This document shows positions 29,701 through 37,436 of a stretch of DNA of 64,000 nt, piece after piece. Made by a program: the position numbers and the translations under genes. Origin of the DNA: Armatimonadota bacterium (lineage in GTDB: Bacteria; Armatimonadota; UBA5829). Under the pieces are notes generated by a model, which searched no databases, was not told the origin of the DNA, and saw nothing but the letters and a program-made list of their open reading frames with translations. Numbering within the stretch: position 1 is the stretch's first letter; each line of letters begins with the position of its first letter. The stretch lies in the NCBI GenBank assembly GCA_012522575.1, contig JAAYKE010000067.1, positions 383 through 64,382 of the forward strand, in the 5' to 3' direction.

Positions 29701-30606
29701 GATATAACCGGAGACGGGACCATCTGCATCTCAATAGCGGCAGGGACTGCTGCAGACGATCTGCAAAACCCTGCGGCAGCAGTCGGCCCGAGCGCCACCT
29801 TTGTCGTGGATAACACCGCACCGACGGCCGTAAACCTGTCAGTCGATAAGACTATTACCAATGGCCCGGATGTTATTGCAACATTCGACGGATCGACCGA
29901 TGCCAACGGAGTCAGCTATGAACTTAAGGTCAATGACGGTGACTACGAGGCCGCGACCAGCCCAAGCCGGGTAGTGCCGCTCAAGTTCGACGATGGCGTT
30001 CATACCATATATGTGAGAGCGCTGGACCCTGCAGGCAACGTCGGCCCTGCAGCCAGCGCACAGTTCACCTACGACAAGACTCCGCCTCAAATCTTGTCGT
30101 TCAGCTACAGCCCGTCACTGGTATCGGCGGGAGATATGATGGCGGCCAGAGTCGAGGCGACCGACAACTTCGAGGTTGTCAACGTAATCGCCGATGGAGT
30201 CTACCTGACTAAGGGCGATGACGGCGTATGGACGGGCAATGTGGTGACCGCGGAGGCTCTGGGAAGCCATACGGTCTATGTGCTTGCCTACGACGAAGCC
30301 GGCAACTCCGGATCCGTTGGCTGGACCTATAAAACCGCACGCGCAGTAGGATTAACCAACCGCGCACTGACCGACCCGATTATATCTGCGGCTTCGGATA
30401 AGTTCGTCTTCACGGTATGGGGAAGAGTCACCGTGACCGGAGATCCGAACAACTTCCTCGTCGACGACGGGTCAGGCAAGTTCATTAAGGTTCACTACAA
30501 AAACCACAACCTCAGCAACACCGACTACGTTTCAGCTAGAGGCGCGGTCGATGTCAGCTCAAATCCGCCGACGCTGAACGCTTATGTCGTGAAACGGCAT
30601 AACTGA
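26791..30606 (+). CDS. Large secreted surface protein: signal peptide, seven FG-GAP/VCBS-like repeats (integrin-type beta-propeller), a fibronectin-III domain, four tandem ~105-aa repeats, and C-terminal Ig-like domains
   Basis: Repeated GDFNGDGKMDIVVAG / GDYDNDGKLDVIITG / ADFDNDGKPDLLIAG motifs. Near-identical 315-nt repeats span ~28570-29825. Confidence 0.75.
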   Translation: MNRMQLSRIWIISCLIAVFLIFSAGLTCAQNITISGTVRTVTGTGVGSITIRASNGQTTSTTVDGTYSLSLPGGWSGSIAPEGQYLMQPQRHEYNNVTTNITDQDFVASPKLYMLYSNSLTAVKQGDIASGDFNGDGKMDIVVAGLEHDKKTGNLVPSANIWRNEGASGFTQLVAGLTGVKNPALAWGDYDNDGKLDVIITGDTGSALVTRLYRNDDNSWPVVTEAVLPGVKHGDIAWADFDNDGKPDLLIAGEAASGRITKLFRNNGDGSFTELGVSGLPGVSQCSVAWADFDNDGRMDFAIAGNSDSGPVTKIFRNDGAGQFSDINAGLTGVGSASISWGDYDHDGLLDLAIAGERADSVKITRICRNTGSGFDELDLGLPGVTGTIMWGDYNNDGHLDLALAGPQGPAETAPKICHNNGDGTFIVYPITNSEIGLSGLKMVWTDFNKDNKLDLILCAETNGSYAGTLTYNNVTATANTAPGAPSGLSATFDNNTLTMSWSAAIDPNTPADGLSYNIRVGTSPGADDVFSGMADLSTGRRNVLAPGNAGFNLTWKLCNLVTRNYYWSVQAVDSGYMASAWAAEAMVNPDSSPPVIGISAPSASLTNVGPVSYTITYQGADFVTLSNTDVSLNVTGTANGTVSVSGTGTSARTVTISNITGDGTIGISIAAGSARNFADDYAPGAGPSATFTVDNLSPVINISAPSASITRQGPVSYTITYDGCDSITLAQGDVTLNKTGTANGTVSVSGTGLAERTVTIDNITGNGSLSISIAAETGHSTAGNHTPAVGPGDAFEVDNTPPVIEIGEPSATITSAGPVTFEVTYSDATLITLSEQDVVLNKTGTADGTVSVTGSDPGSRTVTISDITGDGALGISINAGTAAEDLGNTAPAAGPSDTFDVDNTAPSLTIGEPSEEITRAGPVTFEITYNNADSVSLSDEDITLNLTGTAQGTASVSGTGLTDRTVTITDITGDGTICISIAAGTAADDLQNPAAAVGPSATFVVDNTAPTAVNLSVDKTITNGPDVIATFDGSTDANGVSYELKVNDGDYEAATSPSRVVPLKFDDGVHTIYVRALDPAGNVGPAASAQFTYDKTPPQILSFSYSPSLVSAGDMMAARVEATDNFEVVNVIADGVYLTKGDDGVWTGNVVTAEALGSHTVYVLAYDEAGNSGSVGWTYKTARAVGLTNRALTDPIISAASDKFVFTVWGRVTVTGDPNNFLVDDGSGKFIKVHYKNHNLSNTDYVSARGAVDVSSNPPTLNAYVVKRHN

Positions 30607-30626
30607 TTATTAAACAGCTTAACCTG

Positions 30627-30651
30627 CAGGCCGGGTGACGTCCCCGGCCTG
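30627..30651. terminator. Bidirectional hairpin between the convergent giant-protein and STAS genes (CAGGCCGGG-N7-CCCGGCCTG)
   Basis: Perfect 9-bp GC-rich stem. Flanking U-tracts are weak, so its terminator role is tentative. Confidence 0.35.
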
Positions 30652-30652
30652 T

Positions 30653-31024
30653 CTACCATCCCGGATTTCCGACTTCCGCTATCGCCTCGTCTGCGGTCTC
30701 ATAGCGTTTGAACACACCTTCTGCGCCGGAAAGAACGAGGATTCTTTCCAGCAACCCGTGCGCACCCACAATGCAGGCTCCTCGTCCGGTATCCTTGAGG
30801 GCCTTTTGCACGGAAGAGAGAGCGCTCAGGCCGGTAGCATCGATATAAGACAGCAAATGAGCGTCAAAAAGAATGCTGCGGTTTCCGTTTATTACTTCCT
30901 TGAGGTCGGCAAGCAGCAGCGTGACGCCCGCGGTATCCAGTTCGCCGCATAGGTAGACGATTGCCACCGGCGCATCGTCGAGGGTTGATATCCAGGTTGT
31001 AAAAGCGTCATCGTTGGGCATCAT
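30653..31024 (-). CDS. STAS-domain protein (anti-sigma factor antagonist, SpoIIAA-like)
   Basis: 123 aa with a STAS fold pattern (DLSGVTYIDSSG-like: LSYIDATGLSAL). Confidence 0.65.
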   Translation of the reverse strand: MMPNDDAFTTWISTLDDAPVAIVYLCGELDTAGVTLLLADLKEVINGNRSILFDAHLLSYIDATGLSALSSVQKALKDTGRGACIVGAHGLLERILVLSGAEGVFKRYETADEAIAEVGNPGW

Positions 31025-31108
31025 TGCGACACCGTTGAGTCCCGGTTCAAGAAAAGGCAGGGTTCTGATTAGGGCTATACCTCAACTGAACCACGGTCTA
31101 AACAAATG

Positions 31109-31702
31109 TCAAAGATGCCAGGGGATTTTGGTGATGCGAAAATACAGGCCAATCAGCGCCAGCAGCACCACAATGAGATTGATGTTTTCGTGATTCACGC
31201 ATATCTGTTCCCAGGTCGCGTTTTTGGATTCCGAGCGGGAGTATGGCTTAAGCCTGGGCAGCCAGCGGCGTATTTCGGTGCAGTAATGCTCGTATTGCTC
31301 TCCGAACAGGTCTCTGAGGCGAGCCTCCTCGCGCCCTACCCTCAGGCGGCCATATCCGAAGAACGCGATGAGAAACCCGACAATTAAATAGACGTTGGCG
31401 GTCATTATCATGATGCCCAGCCCAATGCAAAACCGGCCGATATACATCGGGTTTCGCACGTGAGAATACGGCCCTGACACGGTGAGATGAAGGTTTTTGT
31501 GAACCTGCGAACTGGCCCACATTTGTATCAACTCGCCGATTATTACCAGCGGCGCGCCATACCAGAACGCCCTCAGGTTGTGGATAAAACCGGCGAGAGC
31601 AACCACCGCAATCATCATCAGAACCACACGAAACTGCGTGGAGAACTGTATGACTCTTTCTCTCAGATCATACTCGACATCAGCCTTAACAGACATATTC
31701 AC
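31109..31702 (-). CDS. Isoprenylcysteine carboxyl methyltransferase (ICMT/PEMT) family membrane protein
   Basis: RNPMYIG motif and a C-terminal EE..L...FG..Y..Y pattern, with multiple TM segments. Confidence 0.6.
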   Translation of the reverse strand: MNMSVKADVEYDLRERVIQFSTQFRVVLMMIAVVALAGFIHNLRAFWYGAPLVIIGELIQMWASSQVHKNLHLTVSGPYSHVRNPMYIGRFCIGLGIMIMTANVYLIVGFLIAFFGYGRLRVGREEARLRDLFGEQYEHYCTEIRRWLPRLKPYSRSESKNATWEQICVNHENINLIVVLLALIGLYFRITKIPWHL

Positions 31703-31909
31703 CTCTGCGCCGCAAAACTCTGTTTTCGTTTACCGATGGAAGTCTATCACAGCGTTAAAGCTGCGGTCAAGAAAACATAACGGCTCGATTCACTGCGCTC
31801 TCAAACGGCTCCGAGCCTGGGAGCAATAACGAGAAAACTCCTGCCCGTAAAACCCGTAATATGATCAGTTGGGCGCAGGCGCAGGCGTGGCATAACCTAT
31901 ATGGAAGCA

Positions 31910-32035
31910 ACTACTGATAAAGGCAAACCTCGGGAAACCGGGGGGCGCAAAGCTATCGGGACTAAGCCGGGCAGCAAGGGTGGTCCATAAAATACCCGTT
32001 CTGAATGCCGCCACGGTATGTTGGCCGAGCCGCCG
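31910..32035 (+). promoter_or_regulatory. Candidate c-di-GMP-I (GEMM) riboswitch aptamer in the 5' leader of the small ORF / URO-D-family gene
   Basis: AAGGCAAACC-UCGG-GAAA-CCGG-GGGGCGCAAAGCUAUCGGGACUAAGCCGGGC is near-colinear with the Vibrio Vc2 core GGGCAAACC-AUUC-GAAA-GAGU-GGGACGCAAAGCC. It contains a GNRA-capped P1 hairpin and a CUAAG tetraloop-receptor-like element. It lies ~160 nt upstream of the ATG at 32194. Confidence 0.5.
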
Positions 32036-32193
32036 AAGTAGGAGTTGCCCGTGACCAGAGACTGTCGGATTCAGACTATCCGGCGAAAGGCCCAGATACT
32101 ATGGGCTGGCCAAATGCGGCGGTCTTTGATCTCAGGCGATTCGCCTTAGGTGGCTCGGCTTCTTTGCATTACCGTTATTTGGAGGCGAAGAAA

Positions 32194-32388
32194 ATGTTTA
32201 TTCCCGAAGCAAAGAACTACCTTGGCAAAGACTGCGCAGTCACTTTCAGTGACAGACACGGAAAGGTGCATACCCAAACCCTGCACATCCACGACGTGAG
32301 CTTCGTGCCGATGTATGGCGCGTGTTTAGTCGGCGATATCGACGACATCTGGCTTGATCGGGTGACCAAAATCACCGCTGTAGTGTAG
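32194..32388 (+). CDS. Small hypothetical protein (64 aa) with a strong RBS
   Basis: GGAGG 8 nt upstream of ATG gives MFIPEAKNYLGKDCAVTF.... The longer track ORF 32005..32388 would start inside the putative riboswitch. Confidence 0.4.
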   Translation: MFIPEAKNYLGKDCAVTFSDRHGKVHTQTLHIHDVSFVPMYGACLVGDIDDIWLDRVTKITAVV

Positions 32389-32568
32389 CAAAGGCTATCA
32401 AGGAGGTGGTCGCAGACAGGAACTGACCCACAGTTTAATAGAGCGCATAACTTACAATCTCTCTGTGGCCCGGCCATAGCCGAAAATCAACTCGGCAGGC
32501 CGGGCTTATTTTTGTAATATCTGGAGGAAGCCGCATTTTGGCGGGGAAGAATATAGCAGAGGCGAGAT

Positions 32569-33660
32569 ATGACACCACGAGAAAATCTGCTGGCTTGTTT
32601 GAATCACAAAACACCGCAATGGGTCCCCAGAAGCGGCTCATTTACTCCCTATCAGATTCGACAGTTCAAAGAGAGAACGGGAGAGAGCGATATTGCGGCA
32701 TATTTTGGGATGGATAATCTGGGAGGCATTGGCCTCGGCCCGACCAGGCGCAGAGTCGATTTCTCCAGTTATCACAAATATTATGTTCTGCCGGATCATA
32801 TATCGGAGTATCGCATAGATGAATGGGGGGTGGGATGGGTTCCGGGATCGCTGCTTCATTTTGAGGATATGATCCACCCGATGCATTCCCTTGACAGCCT
32901 TGCGGAGTTTGAGGCGTATCCATATCCCGACCTTGACGCAGCGTATCGACTGGACGGAGTGCGTGAGCGCGTGAGGGAACTGCACGACCTGCAACTGCCT
33001 GTGATAGCATATCCGCTTCAGCTCGGAGGGACGATCTTTGAGAGTGCGTGGTATATGCGCGGGCTGGAAAACTTGCTGACCGATATGCTTTGCAACACTC
33101 AAATCGCTGCATATCATCTGGATCGGCTGACGCAAATGGCCATATCCAACGCGGCTTTTCTGGCCGAATGCGGGTCGGATGTGTTTATTTCAGGGGATGA
33201 TATCGCCACGCAGCGCGGCATGATGATAAGCCCTGAAATGTGGAGAGAATGGCTCAAGCCGCGTTTGGCAAGCATATATGAGGCGGCCAGATCAAAAAAG
33301 CCGGATATACAGATATGGTACCATTCCGACGGCGATTGTCGGGAGGTTATACCGGACCTCATTGAGATCGGAGTCACCATACTAAACCCGGTGCAGCCGG
33401 AGTGTATGGACCCGGCGTGGGTTAAGCGCGAATATGGCCGTGACCTGGCCTTGTGAGGAACTATCGGCACACAGACAACCATGCCGTTCGGCACGCCATC
33501 TGATGTGCGAGAGACGGTTAAGAGGATGATTGATCAGTGTGGGATCGACGGCGGCTTGTTCATCGCGCCGACCCACGTGATCGAGCCGGATGTACCGTGG
33601 GAGAATATCGTGGCTTTATATGATGCCTGCCGCGAATTCGGTGGTGATCCGAAAAGATAA
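32569..33660 (+). pseudogene. URO-D-family (MtaA/CmuA-like methyltransferase / uroporphyrinogen-decarboxylase-family) gene interrupted by an in-frame TGA at 33454-33456. The same frame continues for 68 more codons to a TAA at 33658-33660
   Basis: Track ORF ends ...YGRDLAL*. Downstream in-frame translation GTIGTQTTMPFGTPSDVRETVKRMIDQCGIDGGLFIAPTHVIEPDVPWENIVALYDACREFGGDPKR is the conserved C-terminus of this family. The TGA sits where homologs have Trp (L-x-F-W-G-G-x-D-T-Q). Confidence 0.6.
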
Positions 33661-33673
33661 AAAGTTTGCTCTG

Positions 33674-33919
33674 CTATGCCGCCTGGTGTCGTTTTTTTCG
33701 CGGTCGATGGCGCTGAAACAGCTTGAGCTGGGGACATTCCAGCACGGCGCATAACTCCTGAGGCTGCAAACCCTTGACAAGCAGCGCACACTGGTCGCTG
33801 TTGGTATATGGACAATAAAGCGTATTTTCCGCATCTTCGCTTATTGGGTCGTCCTCGATGTAGTCAAACCATTCTGTACTCACTACACAAACCTCCTTAT
33901 TGCACACCGGCCCAATCAA
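33674..33919 (-). CDS. Small Cys-rich hypothetical protein (81 aa, 7 Cys)
   Basis: ORF only. CPYTNSDQC...CAVLECPQ suggests metal binding. No family recognised. Confidence 0.25.
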   Translation of the reverse strand: MIGPVCNKEVCVVSTEWFDYIEDDPISEDAENTLYCPYTNSDQCALLVKGLQPQELCAVLECPQLKLFQRHRPRKKRHQAA

Positions 33920-33984
33920 CGGCGAATCGCGCGCTGGGATTGTGTGGCTACAGCAAGCATTGTCGGCAGATTTGGCCGAAAGCT

Positions 33985-34875
33985 TCAGGGGGATTTTGCT
34001 GTGAATGTCTCGATTAATCGTACGGGATGGTATGATTGCTTGGCTTTGCGCAGGCCGGGGATTCCGAGGTCCTGCTCCCGGTTGACGTATTTATATGACT
34101 GCGCCTCTGCCTTGCAGAATTCATTGTTGATAAGTTGATACAGGCCGTCGATTTGCGTGTGGGCTTTCTCCGCGTGAATGACCAGAGTATCGTCGTTCAG
34201 TTTTTCTCCCAGCGAGAAAGCGACGATCGCTCCACCGGCGCGAATTGCTCCGCCCACTATGCCGAGTGAGTCGAAATTGGTGAGCATCTGGTTCACCGCG
34301 CACCGCTCTTTGCGCAGACCCTCGATTGTCTCGCACATCTTATGCTCGCACCACAAATCAGCGAAAGCCTCGCACTCGACAGCCACCGACTCATCCATTT
34401 TCACATATTCATACTCTATCTGAGACCTGGCTCGCGCAATGAAGTTTCGCTTGCCGTCGAATCTGCGCCCGGCAAGCTCGATCAGGTCCTGCGCGGCGTA
34501 GACGTAGTCCGAATTGTCGGGATCATACTCGACTATAAGCCCTATATCTTTCATCTCACCGCCCGCTTCGCCGGATATGCGCTCGAATATCACGGGACGG
34601 TCGCTGCGGCGGATCATCTCCTCGACAACCGGCTTAATCGAGCCGACGCCCAGCGGCTCAAGGCTGGAAATGTGCTCATTTTGGTTGTTGATCAGCAAAA
34701 TGTGGTCGTATATGCGGGATAGCTCCGTTTGCTGAGACTCGCGCCAGGCGAATATATTGGTGAAGCTGTACGCGGAGATCTCCGTCGGCCTTTGTGCAAA
34801 GACCGCATCGAAGAAGGGCTTATCTCGCAGAGTTATTTGTCTTGATTGTGGATATTCAGGAATCATATTCATCAA
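33985..34875 (-). CDS. DUF2156 domain protein (homolog of the C-terminal lysyl-transferase domain of MprF/LysX)
   Basis: 296 aa. Family assignment is from overall pattern recall, so it is moderately confident only. Confidence 0.45.
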   Translation of the reverse strand: MMNMIPEYPQSRQITLRDKPFFDAVFAQRPTEISAYSFTNIFAWRESQQTELSRIYDHILLINNQNEHISSLEPLGVGSIKPVVEEMIRRSDRPVIFERISGEAGGEMKDIGLIVEYDPDNSDYVYAAQDLIELAGRRFDGKRNFIARARSQIEYEYVKMDESVAVECEAFADLWCEHKMCETIEGLRKERCAVNQMLTNFDSLGIVGGAIRAGGAIVAFSLGEKLNDDTLVIHAEKAHTQIDGLYQLINNEFCKAEAQSYKYVNREQDLGIPGLRKAKQSYHPVRLIETFTAKSP

Positions 34876-35647
34876 AAATGCGCCAGCGCATAATCTTCAC
34901 CGGCACATTGAACCATTTTCTTTTTGAGCCTGCCGGGGCCTTTCTCACTACAACTTTTCCATCTACCGGACTGGCCTCTATCCAACGCTCGTCTCCATAA
35001 TATATCATAACGTGTTTATCGTCGGCGACGGCCATATCTCCGACCTTGATCGTATTTGTATCGAATCCCGCCAGTTTTTCGGCGCTGCCTATCAGCCTTG
35101 TATACCCGTATTTATCCTGAGCTATATCTTTTGCGTCGATATCGCGCCACCAAAACGACCACAACTTTCTGCCCAACAACTGAGGATTGACTTCCTTTGC
35201 TCCCTGCCGCACCATAGCGTGCCATAGCGCGGCCCTCGCAAGCCCGGCGGAGTCAATTCCGATATCTGTCTCGCCGTTGACCTGATATGGAGTTCCGACA
35301 AACGCCCGCAATCGTTTATAGTAGACCTGCCGAAGCGCATCGGTGTCAGGTGGCTTGCTGCCAAGCACTGCCCAAACCACAAAGAGCGCGCTGAAAAATA
35401 CCGTCGGCCACACAGCCGCGTTTCTTTTGCCTATGCCGGAAAACAGGTAAACAAAACCGGTGAATATGCAGCTAAGCAGCGTCAAGACAAGCAGCAATCT
35501 TATCTGAGCGGTCATAGGAAAAATGCGTACGCCAATGCCGCACATCAGCAGCAATACGCCCGTTACTATCGCGCACAATACCTTGACGCTGATCTGTCGC
35601 GTAGTCTGTGTTTCGCCAGTTTCGGATTCAATTATATCGACCATCAA
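34856..35647 (-). CDS. Membrane-anchored NlpC/P60-like (C40 peptidase fold) protein with Ser in place of the catalytic Cys
   Basis: Two N-terminal TM helices, then GIDSAGLARAALWH (canonical DCSGLV) and GDMAVADDKHVMIYYG (canonical His box). Confidence 0.5.
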   Translation of the reverse strand: MMVDIIESETGETQTTRQISVKVLCAIVTGVLLLMCGIGVRIFPMTAQIRLLLVLTLLSCIFTGFVYLFSGIGKRNAAVWPTVFFSALFVVWAVLGSKPPDTDALRQVYYKRLRAFVGTPYQVNGETDIGIDSAGLARAALWHAMVRQGAKEVNPQLLGRKLWSFWWRDIDAKDIAQDKYGYTRLIGSAEKLAGFDTNTIKVGDMAVADDKHVMIYYGDERWIEASPVDGKVVVRKAPAGSKRKWFNVPVKIMRWRIFDEYDS

Positions 35648-35683
35648 AATATCTACGATCCGCCCGCGCCCATTGTTCCAATA

Positions 35684-36265
35684 TCACTTCGCCAGAGACG
35701 CGATAATACCTTCGGCTGTGTCGATGGAAACCCTTTGTCTCCAATACTTATCCTTGAGCAGCGCAGCATCATGGGAATTGGTCAAAAACCCGATCTCCAG
35801 CAGCACGGAGGGCATATAACGATATGTATCGCGCAGGACTCTGAGGCGGGAATACTGGCTCTGCGAGTCCCATTTTGCTCCCCGGTTGCGCAAATCGTGT
35901 TTTGCCAGTCGATTGACGAGTTGTTGAGCGATTGCATAGCTTCGCCTGTCCCCTTCCGCCACAAAAGCCTCCACTCCGTTTGCGGTCGCCGGCCCTGCGT
36001 TTATGTGGATGGAAACAAACAAATCGCAGTCGGCCTCTACTGCTTTCTTTCCACGTGATTCCAGGGTCACGAGCCTGCTATCCGGCCTGGTCACAATCGT
36101 TTTGATTCCGGCCAGGCGAATATTATGACCGATTCTGATGACAAAATCCAGGGCAAGCTCGTCCTCCACAAGGCCATTTGCCGCGCATCCGGTGTGGTGC
36201 AGACCACGATTTGCACCGTGGCCTGCATCGAGCGCGATTATGCGATTGTTGTCCTTCGCATTCAC
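35684..36265 (-). CDS. N-acetylmuramoyl-L-alanine amidase (Amidase_3 catalytic domain, no signal peptide; endolysin-type)
   Basis: IIALDAGHG, TRPDS, VSIHINAG and LLEIGFLTNSHD motifs. The start was reassigned to a GTG after a GGAGGT RBS (MNAKDNNRIIALDAGHG). The track ORF to 36688 over-extends. Confidence 0.75.
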   Translation of the reverse strand: MNAKDNNRIIALDAGHGANRGLHHTGCAANGLVEDELALDFVIRIGHNIRLAGIKTIVTRPDSRLVTLESRGKKAVEADCDLFVSIHINAGPATANGVEAFVAEGDRRSYAIAQQLVNRLAKHDLRNRGAKWDSQSQYSRLRVLRDTYRYMPSVLLEIGFLTNSHDAALLKDKYWRQRVSIDTAEGIIASLAK

Positions 36266-36270
36266 GCTGA

Positions 36271-36597
36271 TTACCTCCGAACCCTCTTCCACTGCTGATA
36301 TACGTGCTCGACCAGCAGGTTTGCGATGCTCTGCGGCACTGGAAAACCAAGCTCGGCTATGCATATCTTCTGAAGATAGATGACCGCCTGCTGGCGACGT
36401 TCGTCTGAGGACAATTCCGCTATCGCCCCCGCCCGTTCGATGGCGTCGGTGATTCTCTTTGCGCCGATCCTCTTTAGCCATTTGCGCGCCCAGCTCGGCA
36501 GCCTGTCCTTCTGGCTCAAATATGTGGTCAGCGCGCCCGTCACGCCGAGAGCAAGCGTAACCCAATCCCGGGTAGAAACAGTATCGAGTGTGATCAT
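36271..36597 (-). CDS. Putative holin-like small membrane protein (single N-terminal TM)
   Basis: 108 aa with WVTLALGVTGALTTYL hydrophobic segment. Its stop abuts the amidase start. The call rests on position only. Confidence 0.3.
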   Translation of the reverse strand: MITLDTVSTRDWVTLALGVTGALTTYLSQKDRLPSWARKWLKRIGAKRITDAIERAGAIAELSSDERRQQAVIYLQKICIAELGFPVPQSIANLLVEHVYQQWKRVRR

Positions 36598-36692
36598 ATA
36601 GGCTCCTTATATTATAGTTGATTGTGGGTTCTTGATTCTGAGGAGAGTGACGGCCCGCGAACCGCCGCCGATAAGTCCGGTTATCCAAATGC

Positions 36693-36992
36693 TTAATTGA
36701 GAATGGCGATTCTCACGACCGGTTCGCCGGCTATGCGGTGGACGGCGGTTTTGAGGACGGCATAGGTGCGGCCGTCGCGTGTCAGGGTATCTCCCACGCC
36801 TATGACTACATCCGGCGTTGTGGCCAGCATAAGAGCAGGATGAGTTATGCCCATTCGTTCGATATCATCCAAATACAGGCTCATATTGCCCGTATCGAGG
36901 AGCTTGAACATCCCGGCTCCGGTATTGCCGTTAATTACATATTCCTCCCCGAAACGCCGGAGCTTTTCGGCGAACCGCTCGGCAAATCGCAT
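36693..36992 (-). CDS. Phage head-closure / head-tail joining-like protein
   Basis: 99 aa. Its size and sequence pattern resemble the HK97 gp7-like head-tail joining family. Translationally coupled to the connector gene (GAGGTG-TAG-CAG-ATG). Confidence 0.4.
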   Translation of the reverse strand: MRFAERFAEKLRRFGEEYVINGNTGAGMFKLLDTGNMSLYLDDIERMGITHPALMLATTPDVVIGVGDTLTRDGRTYAVLKTAVHRIAGEPVVRIAILN

Positions 36993-36995
36993 CTG

Positions 36996-37427
36996 CTACA
37001 CCTCCTCTTTGATGCTGAATATAGGCTCTGCATCAGCGGTTGTGCTGGAGCAATGCGTCTCGGAGTCCATCGGCATGGCGCTTTTAAGATACGGAGCCAG
37101 CCGCGCGTGGCCTTGCCGAGTCAGGTCGACTCCGGATACTCCTGATGGCCCGATGGTGACTCCCGCCACGCCGAACTGCTCGGTTGCGCCGGTCTCTCTG
37201 CGCATCTGCTCGATGAATTCACCGGTTATGATTTCGAGAATCCCCAACTTGAGCGTGCCCTGCAACCCTGCGTTGAGCGTGTCGTTAAGATACATATCCG
37301 CGATGGAGTATTCGATCGGAGCCTGCATCTCGGAAATGAGCGCGGCTATAGCCGTATCGTAGTCAGTTACTGCGGAGTCAATGCCTGCTTTGCGCTTGAT
37401 ATCTGCGACAGTCAGGGTAATCGCCAT
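36996..37427 (-). CDS. Phage gp6-like head-tail connector protein
   Basis: The N-terminus MAITLTVADIKRKAGIDSAVTDYDTAIAALISEMQAPIEY matches the Phage_connect_1 pattern. Confidence 0.5.
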   Translation of the reverse strand: MAITLTVADIKRKAGIDSAVTDYDTAIAALISEMQAPIEYSIADMYLNDTLNAGLQGTLKLGILEIITGEFIEQMRRETGATEQFGVAGVTIGPSGVSGVDLTRQGHARLAPYLKSAMPMDSETHCSSTTADAEPIFSIKEEV

Positions 37428-37436
37428 TTGCGCCTC

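Noticed and set aside
31850-32190. RNase P RNA or cobalamin riboswitch in the long leader (GUGACCAGAGACUGUCGG resembles the RNase P 5' end; GCCGCCACGG resembles a B12 box)
   Set aside because: No GGAAAGUCCGGGC P4 element and no ACAGAA 3' region. The B12-box and GGUG..AA.UCC core are absent. The c-di-GMP-I core match is far stronger.
33454-33456. Selenocysteine at the TGA in the URO-D-family gene
   Set aside because: The aligned position is Trp in homologs (Sec normally replaces Cys). The downstream hairpin (CGGCA-N12-UGCCG) is short and lacks a typical SECIS apical loop. Kept only as a low-probability alternative.
36996-36998. In-frame TAG between the connector and head-closure ORFs as a fourth interrupted gene
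   Set aside because: The downstream ATG has its own GAGGTG RBS, and the two products correspond to distinct phage protein families of the expected sizes. This is an ordinary coupled gene boundary.
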